Of a DNA stretch of 46,225 bases, positions 32,530 to 42,710 are shown one piece after another. A model generated the notes under the pieces. The model had not been told where the DNA came from. It did no database searches and was given only the letters and a program-made list of their open reading frames with translations. The position numbers and the translations under genes were made by a program. How positions within the stretch are numbered: position 1 is the first letter of the stretch; each line of letters starts with the position of its first letter. Source of the stretch: Chrysochromulina tobinii (taxonomy: Eukaryota); the NCBI GenBank assembly GCA_001275005.1, contig JWZX01003159.1, forward strand, positions 1 to 46,225, given 5' to 3'.

Positions 32530-35500
32530 ATGGATGCGTGGTGTACACCGGGCAAGCGCGTTGAGGTGATCCTGTGTGAGGAGGGCCTTGCTGGCAGTCG
32601 ATACGCTGCGCGAGTGATTGAGGTGGACAAAGGCCGGGCGTTCGTCGAGTTTGAGGTGAGACGCTCCTCCTCAGCTCGGCAGCTTGAGGGCCGCACTGAG
32701 ACCGTTGCCACCCCTCACAGGCGTTCAACGAGGAAGGCTCAAAGGAAGCGCTGCTGCGTGAGTGGCACACGGCGGACAATATTCAGCCAATCCCTCCACC
32801 GACTCCCGAAGGCTTTCTTAAGGTGCGGCTCACGGCTGCACAGCCATGTTCATGTTCGATGAGCGCTGTCGTGCGGATGGTCGTATTGACGCGCCCGCGC
32901 TGCATGCTCCACAGCGGCTGACGAATTCCGATGAGGTGGACGTCTTCTATGATGATGGCTGGTGGCTGATGAAATTCGTGGGCACGCGCCGGAGCGCGAG
33001 TGGGACGGAGTACCACGTGCGATCGGACTTGTACCAAGTTGAACGATGGGTACCTGCCGATCACATCCGGCCTCATTGGAGGCGTCGGGGCGCCAAGTGG
33101 CGGGAGCTTGACCAGATGCGCAAGCAGCCTGCACAGGCGAAGGCGCCACCGCCAAAGGACGCGTCGCCATCACCCAAGGCTGCCGGACCCACAGCGGCTC
33201 CGGCGGCATCCGCTCGCACTCGCAAGGCGGCTCCCGTTGGCAAGATGGCATCGCCATCCTTGAGGGCCATGGGCGCTCAAGATGGCGCCAGGCCCACGAG
33301 CGCCGGTGGTAGTAGCAGTGCACCGCTGTCCGTTGGCATCGCGCCGCACATCCCGGGATGGGCTCGCACTATCCGGATGGGCGGCTCGATCGGCGAGCTC
33401 TGCGGCAGGATGCTCCGGCAGATGCATGCACGCGAGGAGGCGGCCTGGTTTGAGAACCCGGTATCCCTGGGGGATGTGCCCGACTACCTCACCGTCATTT
33501 CGCAGCCGATGGACTACAGCACAATGGGTAAGAAGCTCGCCGAAGGCGAGTACAGCGCTGACTTACTCAGCTTTGCGTCCGACATGCGCCTCATCTTTAG
33601 CAACGCCCTCGCGTACAACTGGGATCCAGAGAATGAGTGCCACCAAGCAGCCAAGCAGGTTCACCCGGCGCCCCTCGCTCCCACTGCCGGAGTTGTCTCC
33701 CCCGTCGCGCACCCTCCTCCGCGCACGCGCCACGTGCCCTGCACCTCGCCAACGTACTGCCACTCATCTGCCCCGCGCATCTGGTTTGCGCAGTCCCAGC
33801 GCAACTTTGAGATGCTCTTCGCCGCGGCGCTGGAGGCAAAGGCACAGCTTCGGGCAGCTGAGGCATCGAAGGATGGCACCATCGAAGGAGGCCGCACGGT
33901 CGGCGATGCCGTCAGCGACAAGGAGGAGGAGGACGAGGAGGAGGACGAGGCGGAAGCGGAGGAGGAGCGTGGGGGCGATGGCGACGGTGTGAGCGGGGTC
34001 AGCGACGACAGCGAGGGCGAGGGCGAGGGCGAGGACGGCGAGGGCACCGCCACGAGGCTGAAAAGGGAAGGCCTGTCTGTCGAGGACGAGATGGCCTTCC
34101 TCATCAAGCTGGTGGTTGCATCGGGCGGCAGCGCCGATATGCTCGACGGGTGGACCATTGGGCGCTTGACGCGCGGCGACAAGGTGTACTCCGACCCAGA
34201 CGGCGTCAAGATGATTTCTCGGCTGCAGGTGGTGCGCCATCTCCACCTCGACGAGGCGGCGGGCAAGCGCAAGCTTGACGCGGAGAAGGAGCAGTGCAAG
34301 CTCGCGAAGCAGGAGGAGAAGCGTGCGGTGAGCTCATTGCGTCTTAATGATCTCTGATTGCGACTTGATGATCTCTGATTGCGACTTGTTGATCTCTGAT
34401 TGCGACTTGTTGATCTCTGATTGCGACTTGTTGATCTCTGATTGCGACTTGTTGATCTCTGATTGCGGCTGGTTGATCTCTGATTGCGAGGAGAAGCGAG
34501 CGGTGGGTGTGCGGCCCGAACCCCGAGCGCTGGCCCTCCTGCGCGTCGCAGGCCGCCACCTCGCCGCCGCTTCGCCCCATACCGCCTGACGCGCTGCCTG
34601 CGGCCGAGTCTGTGTGTCAGGAGCGCGAGGCGCAGCGTCAGAAGCGCGAGGCCGAGCGCGCGGCGGCGCGCGCCGAAAAGGAAGCGCAGCGGGCGGCATT
34701 GGTTGCGGAGAGGGAAGCACGCCGAGCGGCCGTGCGCGCCGACAAGAAGGCTGAGGCCGAGGATCGCTTGCACCCGAAGCAGCTCTGCGACGATGCCTTT
34801 CGGCTTCCCGCGCGGCCGGACCATTCACAGCTCGGCCCGGCCGTGTGGGATGCGATGCTGCCGCAGCTGCCGAAGCGCACCGGTGCGAGTGCGCTGCCTG
34901 GACCGCCGGCAAAGGCGCGCGAGGTGAACCCTGGCGTGCCCTCCGCCGCATTCGGTGACCTTCTCTTCGTCTGCGACTTTGTGCGCGCGCTCGGCCCCGC
35001 GCTCGCGCTGCCGGCGGAATGCGCGGCGGCAGGCCAGCTCGCGCCGCTTTTGGGCGGCTCGTCGGCAGTGGAGGGCGCCGAAGCTGCCACGTCACCCAAG
35101 GCGCTAGAGATACTCCACAGGCAGCTGCTGCACGTGCTGCTCGCGGACTCGACGGCGGGCGAGTGGTGGGCCGCGGGCACAGAGCCGCTGCCCGTGCTCG
35201 TGAATTCGGAAGCCCTCGATGCGGCCGCACTGTCGCTCTCGATGGCCCCTCGCCGCCTGCCGCCGGACGCGGTCAACGAGCGCAACTGGCCGCTCGTGTG
35301 CGTGGTTGTGGCCCTTCGGCTACACGAGTGGCTCGCGGCGGACGAAGAGCCTCTGCTCGAGGTGCCCAAGGGAGGCACTCGCTCCGCGCACGCCGTCACG
35401 CCCCTGCAGCGCGCCGTGTGGGCGATCTGGGCGGCGCGTCCTACGACGTACGTTGAGGTCCATGCCGCGCTCCCTGCAGCCGAACAGCTCGCGCTGCTGG

Positions 35501-38500
35501 CCATGCTAGTGGACGGAGCGAGCCAGACGGCGGCGGCGGCACGTGCGGCGGAGGCGCGCCATGCCGAGAGCGCCCTTGTGGCGGCGGAGCTGCAGCCCAA
35601 GCCCAAGCCCGATCAAGCCATCCTCGTGAGCTCGATCCGTGCCGAGTTGGCGCGACAGGCCGCGCCGGCGGGCAAGAAGCGCAAGTCAGACGGCCAGCCG
35701 GCGGCCAGCGAGGGCAATGCGTGGTTGTGCGAGATTGGTCGACTGGAGACCGTGCGGCGCGCGGCGGAGCGGCATAGGCTGCAAGGGCGTGTGGAGCTCC
35801 TGACACGCGCCGAGCTCGAGGCATGCGAGCTTGAACTCCTCCTGGACACGGAGGCCCAATGCATGCCCGTGGACACGCTCGGCCGCAAGCGGCAATCCAA
35901 GACGCTCTTCCAAGCGAAAGCGCTCCGGCACGCGCTGCTCCACCGTCGTGACGAGCTCCGCACGGCCCGCATGGAGGCCGAGCGACAGCTCTCTCAGGCA
36001 TTGCTTGGTGGGGGAGCAGGCTCGTCGACGAGGCAGCTGTGCGCCGCGCTGGCGGCCGGCCGTGCCGCGGCCTTGGAGGGAGATGCGAGCATCGATGGCG
36101 TGGGCCCACTTGGCATGATCCGAGGGCGATGGATGTTGACGCTCATGTACGATGCCTACGTGGCTCTACTCGCTCAGCTGTGCGACGACCGATCCCCCGC
36201 TGCGCTTGCCGCTGCCTTGCAGCGCAGCGCTGATCTCTCGACACGGACGTTCAGTCTCGGCTTGGACCGGTGGGGCCGCCGTTACTGGGTACGCATTACC
36301 CCGTCGCTCAGCGCGCGCGCGTGGCCAGCTCGGCAGCCGGCGAGGCAGTCGGCTTGCATGCAACGCTCTGTGCGCCCAAGGCCTTGCATGCAACGCTCTG
36401 TGCGCCCAAGGCTTTGCATGCAACGCTCTGTGCGCCCAAGGCCTTGCGTCGCCGCGCGCCGCGCCCGTGCCGCGAGTTCGGCTCTGCTCTGCCGCGCTGA
36501 CTGTCCCGTCGCCGCATGCGCGCGCGCGCCCGTGCCGCAGACCTTTGCCTCTGTGGCTCACGAGGCGAACCGCCCCGAGGCTCTGATCGTCTACGTGCAG
36601 CCGTCGGAGCCATCACAGCCATCACGTCCCACGGACGTTCACAGCCCACGCAGCCATTCACATTCACATTCACACGAGATGGCCAAGCGACCCATAATTT
36701 TGGCGCCTCCCCCCCCGCCGCCTCCCCCGCCGCCCGTGAAGAAGCCACACCCGAACCAATACACCAAGCTCCGCGAGGCACAGGCGGCAGCGGCCGCCGT
36801 GCAGCAGCCGCCGCCGCCGCCGCTGCGGCAGCCGTCGCCGCAGCAGCAGTCGCAGCAGCCTTCACGTTCCTCGGAGGCTCACAGCCCACGAAGCCACGCG
36901 GGTGGCATGTACGCGGGGGTGGGCATGTACGCGGGGGTGGGCCTGCACACGGGGGTGGGCATGCAAACGGGGGGGGGCATGCACGCGGGGACCGTTGTAG
37001 AGGGAGGGCGAGACCGGTATGTAGACGGTACCCGGAGGGAGGGCGAGTGGAGCGCCTTTATGGGCATTGACGCGGCCGAGGCGCTCGCGCGCGCGCTCGA
37101 CGACCGCGGATGGCATGAGCGCCGCTTGCAGGCCGCCCTTTGGAAGCTGTGCGACGGTCGTCTGCAGCAGGCGCACAGCCTCCGGGAGCCCAGCCACTCG
37201 CAGCTCGCAGATGAGATGCTGCCACCGTTTGAGCCCGAGAGCCTCCCTCGGTTTGAGCCCGAGGTTGTGTGCACCAACGAAGGCGGCGGCAGCGGGAGAC
37301 GGTACCCAGACGGGACCCAGGGCCGGTTCGAGCTCGCCGACTCGATCGCAGGGTCCTTATCACAGGAGCGTACCGATGCGCGGCTCTACGAAGGGGCGCA
37401 CGCGAAGGGCTGGCGTGTCTTCGAGAGAGACGGTAAGGGTCACTTCTGGTACCGGATCACCACTTACTGCTTCACCAGCCGGACGGAGGCGCTTCTGTTT
37501 GATCAGACCGGTGAGGTGCCCGTCGTCGCCTCCGGTGCAGAGCGGCTGCGTGGACCGCCGCTCAAGCAGTCGGATCAAGAAGATGCGATCGAGAGTAGGC
37601 ACCGCTCTAGCGGTCGGACCAAGAGGATGAGGATGCGGTACGACGAGGACGAGGCGGCGGCGGATGAGCCGGCTGAGAGTGCGTGGACTCACGCGGAGAT
37701 GGAGGCGGTGCAGCTGGTGCTGCTCGCCGTCGGCCACAGCCGCGCTCCAGCCGTGATCACCAAGGGATTGGTCGAAGAGGCGGCCAGGCGTGCGGCGGCT
37801 GGGCGTGCGGCCGAGAGCGAGGACGAGGGCGAGGACAAGTGCGAGGACGAGGGCGAGGGTGAGCACAAGGGCGAGGACCAGGGCGAGGACCAGGGCGAGG
37901 ACCAGGGTGAGAACAAGGGCGAGGACAAGGGTGAGGACCAGGGCGAAGACGAAGGGGACACCAAGCCGTTGGTTGCGGACGAGGATGACGCGACATTGAG
38001 AGCGGATCTCCCGACATTGAGAGCGGATCTCCCGACATTGAGAGCGGATCTCCCGGCATTGAGAGCGGATCTCCCGGACGAGGTGGCCGGGGCGACGGCC
38101 TCCTCCTCGGAAGGCGCTGTACTGGCGCCGGCACCGGCGACGGCGGCAGCAGCCCGAGGTTCGGAAGCAGCGGCGGACGATGGACAGGCGGCCGGCAAGC
38201 TCGCTGCAGCCTTGAGCTGCCTGGCCGCGCGGCGTGACAAGCTCCGAGCCGTGCGGCGCGCGTGTGACGTCATCAAGCTCGGCTGGCTCCGTCATGCGCC
38301 ACACGCCACGCGCGGCACGCTGCTCCCACCCTCTCTTCACACCGTCTACCCGTATATCATCCGCCGCGAGTGGGAGGCGGGTGCGGCTAAGGGATGCACT
38401 GCGGATGGCAACGTGCACAAGGGTGAGGCACACAAGGACATGGCAGGGGGCGTGGCGGAGAGCGTGGCGGGGGGCAAGGCGCAGGGGCGACCGAGATCGC

Positions 38501-39874
38501 CGAGATGCACCGCCGATACGGCTCCAGTGCTACCGCCTGGCTTCGCAGAGCGACGAGCAACCGCGGTCGATCGCGGGTCGCCACGAGATGAGGAGGCTGC
38601 CGAGGCGCAGGTAGCCGGCCGGGCTGCGCGGGAGGAGGGAACGGCGCCAGTGCATGTCAAGGTGCAGAAGAGCGACGAGGGCCTCGAGAGGCTATCACAG
38701 CAGCCGCCACAGGGTGCGGACCAGGAAGAGACGGGCGACGCTCTGGTGGGCCAGCGGATCAAGGTGCATTGGCCGCTGGACGAAGCATGGTACGTGGCGG
38801 TCGTGACTGGGTACAGCCACGAGACGAAGCAGCACGAGGTGCGCTACGTGGACGATGACGTGGTCGAGGCCCTCGATCTGGACGAGGAGGAGTGGCGTCT
38901 CGACGGGCGGGGTGCGGGCCCTAATCTACCACAGGGTTTGGGCCCTGGCTTCCTCTACAGGGTCTGGGGCTCTGCCTGTCTCCCTACCGCCGCCCGACGG
39001 CTGGCGGTGGGTTATGGAGGGCGAGACGATTGAGGTCGAGGTGGCGGCGAGCGAGGACGCACCGGCAGTGTGGGTCACGGCCGAGGTCCTCACCGTTCTC
39101 GTCGACGGTTCCTTCCAGGCCCGCATCGTGCTGCCCGACGGCTCCGATGAGTGGGACGACTGGTTCTCGTGGCAGGAGGAGGGCTCGGACTGGCGCCGAC
39201 GGGCCAAGCGCGTGCGTAAGTCGGCAACGGACTTTGCGGCTGACGTGGCAGATCCAGATCCAGATCCAGATCCAGTGGTTGATCCAGCGATGAAGATGCA
39301 GCTAGTGCCCATCGGCACGCGTGTTAAAGTCTACCGGCTGAAGCACAAGAGCTGGTTTGTGGGCGAGGTGGTCGAGGTGCGACGTCTGGTCGATAAGATT
39401 GAGCACCGCGTGCACCTCGATGGCGGCGAGCGGCTCTGGTTCGACTTTGCATCCATCCCCTGCATGGTGCTCGGCGAGCTGAACCAGACTTCCGGTGCCG
39501 AGACGGCACAGGGTGCGGCGAAGGGCGCGGCGGCGGAGGGCGACGAGGCGCGTGCTGCGCGGGTGCTCGCTTTCCTCGAGGCGCGGCTGCCCATATTGCT
39601 CGCAGAGCCCACACGACTTGAGGCGATGCTCCGCGCCTCAGTGGTCGCTGGTCATCTCCAGGCCCACGAGCGGCTCGAGCAAGCCAACCGCGAGGCTGCC
39701 TCCCGGGCCGAGACCGCACGCACGCAGGCCGAGGCCGCGCTCAAGGCGGCCGAGGCCGCGCGCAAGGCCGAGCAACGGAGGGCCACGCGACCCTACGACG
39801 GGTCGTGCGCGGCGTGCCGCGGACGCCACGTGCGCCACACATGTGTGGGAGCAGCGGCTGGGGAGAGAGCCTGA
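32530..39874 (+). CDS. BAZ/MBD9-like multidomain chromatin reader, ~2152 aa (Agenet x2, bromodomain, MBD-like, DDT, WHIM/WSD, second MBD-like, Tudor x3); exons 32530-32655, 32721-32822, 32915-33658, 33794-34327, 34621-36288, 36541-38911, 38961-39874
   Basis: Agenet GKRVEV..CEEGLAGSRY and DEVDVFYDDGWW; bromodomain WFENPV...VPDYLTVISQPMDYST...DMRLIFSNALAYN; DDT FGDLLFVCDFV; WSD LGLDRWGRRYW|TF; WHIM3 ALDDRGWHERRL; Tudor LVGQRIKVHWPLDEAWY. Six GT-AG introns give a 6459-nt in-frame CDS. Confidence 0.85.
34348..34489 (+). repeat. 21-bp minisatellite (TGATCTCTGATTGCGACTTGT, ~6.7 copies) inside intron 34328-34620; family member E5
   Basis: Units start at 34348, 34369, 34390, 34411, 34432, 34453 and 34474; flanked by the 18-bp duplication 34313-34330 / 34488-34505. 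Confidence 0.9.
36353..36446 (+). repeat. 30-bp tandem repeat x3 within in-frame intron 36289-36540
   Basis: (C/T)TTGCATGCAACGCTCTGTGCGCCCAAGGC repeated three times. Confidence 0.9.
36904..36990 (+). repeat. 18-bp coding repeat (GMYAGV-like x5)
   Basis: GGCATGTACGCGGGGGTG units, degenerating toward the 3' end. Confidence 0.8.
37819..37955 (+). repeat. 12-bp acidic coding repeat (EDQG/EDKG)
   Basis: GAGGAC(C/A)AGGGC units. Confidence 0.8.
37993..38076 (+). repeat. 21-bp coding repeat x4 (TLRADLP)
   Basis: ACATTGAGAGCGGATCTCCCG at 37993, 38014, 38035 and 38056 (the last copy begins with G). Confidence 0.9.
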
Positions 39875-40525
39875 AGACCCCCCGTAAGGGCGTAAGCGGG
39901 CGGCGCGCGTGCCCCTTGGCGCCCGGGAAGCACATCTCGCCTGTACTGTAGGATCCCACTGTAGGATCCCCCAGCTGTTAGTACCACGTAGCACAATAGA
40001 CCTCTACAACTACACGACAATTCGGACATTTAGAGTGCGCCACTGCGCGGCTCCCATGAGGATGAGCCAGTCCGCATCTTTTCAGTTACAAATCTCTCTC
40101 GTCTCCCGACATGTTGCATGTAGTCTTGTGTTAGAGATGTAGAGGGGTGCAAACTCTAAATCCCACAAAATTCACACGATGTGTTGAACACTCGGCCCGT
40201 ATTCCATGACCTGATACCTCGATTTGGGTGTTCAGGTGTTGCAGGAATAGAGGGTCATTAAGGCTCGGGGTGCCATCGTGAGCGTCCGTAACCGCTACTT
40301 GTGAGCAATTCTCGCGCGGCGGCATGTTTTCAACTTGTCATGCCGATTATGCATCTTTGCTTGATGTGGGCCCGTCGGTGCCGGGGGGGGCCTACGGGGG
40401 GTACAGGTCAATGGTACACGAGGTAAACGTCCCATACCGGGTAACGTCAACGACCGACATCTTGGTGGTAGGTCGCGCTACATCTTGGTGATTGCGTCCT
40501 TGAGCACTACCGGGTACCGCACCAA

Positions 40526-41329
40526 ATGGCAGCGCTCCTATTCACTGTGAGCACCACGCTGTCGGCCTTTCACCTCCAGCCGCGAAGGCTGCCTGCCTGT
40601 GCAACGAGAACGGCACCGGCCCTGCTGCGACCGACTTTCATGGTAGCACTTGGACCCAACGACATTCAGGGCAGCCTCGCCGCAGAGAATGAGCAGCTGC
40701 GGCAACGCGTGGCTGAGCTCGAGGCACAGGTGCAAAGGACTGAGGGCCTTTGCGAGGTTCTGGATGATGGCGGCGGGTGGACCAGCTCCCTCGGCACTCG
40801 TGCTTCGTGGCTTCTAGGGCTGCTGATTTGCCAGTCGTTCTCGTCGTTGGTACTCGCCGACAACGAGGCGCTTCTGCTGGAGCATCCAACAGTCATCTTC
40901 TTCATGACGATGCTCGTGGGCGCGGGCGGTAACGCGGGCAATCAGGCAGCGGTGAGGATCATCCGGGGTCTCGCAACCGGCGAGGTGGACCCGTCGCCGA
41001 CAGAGCGCACGAGGGCCATCGTCTCTGACGAGATGCGGCGCGCTCTCGCGCTCGGCGGTATTCTTGTGGTCGCTGGCTTCCTGCGCGTCATCGCATTCGA
41101 TGGGACGACGCTCGTGGATGCTGCGGCCATCTCTGCCTCGCTCTTTATCATCGTGAGCTCCTCTGTCGTGCTTGGCACGATGCTGCCGCTGCTGCTCTCG
41201 AAGCTGCGCGTGGACGCGGCGCACGCATCGACGACCATCCAAGTGGTCATGGACGTGATGGGCGTCTTGATCACGTGCTCTGTCGCTCCAAAGATCTTCT
41301 CCGCTGCGGCGGAGGCACACCTTATATGA
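40526..41329 (+). CDS. mgtE: MgtE/SLC41-family divalent cation (Mg2+) transporter, membrane domain only, probable bipartite plastid targeting, 267 aa
   Basis: MLVGAGGNAGNQAAVRIIRGLATG and DAAHASTTIQVVMDVMG motifs; about five hydrophobic segments; N-terminal signal ending LSA-FHL. Confidence 0.85.
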   Translation: MAALLFTVSTTLSAFHLQPRRLPACATRTAPALLRPTFMVALGPNDIQGSLAAENEQLRQRVAELEAQVQRTEGLCEVLDDGGGWTSSLGTRASWLLGLLICQSFSSLVLADNEALLLEHPTVIFFMTMLVGAGGNAGNQAAVRIIRGLATGEVDPSPTERTRAIVSDEMRRALALGGILVVAGFLRVIAFDGTTLVDAAAISASLFIIVSSSVVLGTMLPLLLSKLRVDAAHASTTIQVVMDVMGVLITCSVAPKIFSAAAEAHLI

Positions 41330-41460
41330 GAAATTGTATGTAATTCGAAACACTTGTATACTAGCAGCTCAGTATGTTCTTATGTCGTTTCGGGTATCTC
41401 ACGGGTCTGGCCGTCGTGAAAACGGTGAGTGTGAATGTGAATAAAAGCACACAGCAGAAC

Positions 41461-42411
41461 ATGGCTGAAATGAGGTCGAGCTTGCAGAAGACGAAGACAG
41501 CCACGAACATCATCAGAGCTCTCAAGACGGCCGAGCAAACCGTGCGCGAACGCGACATTGCGGTGAGGTACGTGCAGCGCGTCTGGCGCGGCATTCGTGC
41601 ACGGCGCGTCTTCGGCGATCTTTTCTTCGCCCACGTTGACAAATACTTCGCCGATAGGCCAGAGAAGGCGCTCGGCCTCCTCTACGAGGCGACGGAGGAG
41701 CGAACTGCGCGCAGGCGCGAGGAAGAAGCTGAGTTGCGCAAAATGCGCGCCCTCTTCGAGTTGCCCTCCCTCGAGGATGCGTTCACGGAGGCGCACTACA
41801 AGTACAACCATCACGTCACTGGCGAGACCATGCCTGGGATCGCCACGGCCAGCCGTCGCCAGACAATCAGCGGGGCCGAAATAGCATCACGCGGGGATGC
41901 CGATGGCCAACCGAGAGTTCGACCCCGCACGATGCCGGCGAGCGCGCCAACTTCGCCGCTGCCCGCTGCATCCGCGCTTTCAACTGCGTCAGCCGCCTCT
42001 CCTGGCACGACTCTTTCGAACGCCCGAGCGAGCAAGCACAAGCGGCACATGAGCGAGGGCGCCTCGAAGTTCAACACGTCAGCTTCGATGGCTGCACAGG
42101 AGATCGACGCGGAAACACAGTTCACGGCCGAGGCTGGCGAGCGGATGAGCGTTGAGCAGGTACGCGAGTTGGCGAGCATCCTCTCACGCATCATCGACAC
42201 GCGCAACAAGGAGCTCGTCGCCCTGCTGGAGAAGCAGGACGAGCTGAGGCAACAGCGCGACGCCTCACAGGCTACTGTGCAGGCCCTCGTCGCCCAGGTC
42301 GACAAGTCGCGATTCGTCCATAAATCGGAGGGCGTCGGCACGAAACTTGGCGGCGCGGCGGCCAAAGCCACACGCTCCAGCATGGGCGCGGTGGCGGCCA
42401 TGTTGAAATAG
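41461..42411 (+). CDS. IQ-motif protein with C-terminal coiled coil, 316 aa
   Basis: AVRYVQRVWRGIRARR (IQ motif); C-terminal heptad region RNKELVALLEKQDELRQQRDA. ATG 41461 preferred over 41374. Confidence 0.7.
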   Translation: MAEMRSSLQKTKTATNIIRALKTAEQTVRERDIAVRYVQRVWRGIRARRVFGDLFFAHVDKYFADRPEKALGLLYEATEERTARRREEEAELRKMRALFELPSLEDAFTEAHYKYNHHVTGETMPGIATASRRQTISGAEIASRGDADGQPRVRPRTMPASAPTSPLPAASALSTASAASPGTTLSNARASKHKRHMSEGASKFNTSASMAAQEIDAETQFTAEAGERMSVEQVRELASILSRIIDTRNKELVALLEKQDELRQQRDASQATVQALVAQVDKSRFVHKSEGVGTKLGGAAAKATRSSMGAVAAMLK

Positions 42412-42710
42412 AAATCTCGCACACCACACTCTCACCGGCACTTGTCCAGCGGTAGTATAAAAGAAGCGCCGAATTTGCCGCCCGGGGTCGTGAACAGCCA
42501 CAGCATGCCGACTAACGTAACGCCTAACGGCCTCGCGACGCTACAACGTACCGTTGCACCGACCGCGTCCATAGTGATAGTGGCGCAGGTAGTGTTGAAC
42601 AGCATCAGCACGAGCGACGGTTATCACGGGCTGTGTCGGCCACACCTCCGACCAAGGTGATAGTGGCTCCTGTGCTCGCGGCGCGTTGTGTTGAGCAGCT
42701 GGCAGCAGCC

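Noticed and set aside
34348..34489. CRISPR-like array of 21-bp repeats
   Set aside because: Repeats are head-to-tail with no unique spacers, lie in a eukaryotic intron, and no cas genes are present.
39940..40500. Possible MITE or ncRNA (ACTGTAGGATCCC x2, CGGCATG...CATGCCG, ACATCTTGGTG x2)
   Set aside because: Short unlinked repeats with no terminal inverted repeat plus target duplication and no recognisable RNA family.
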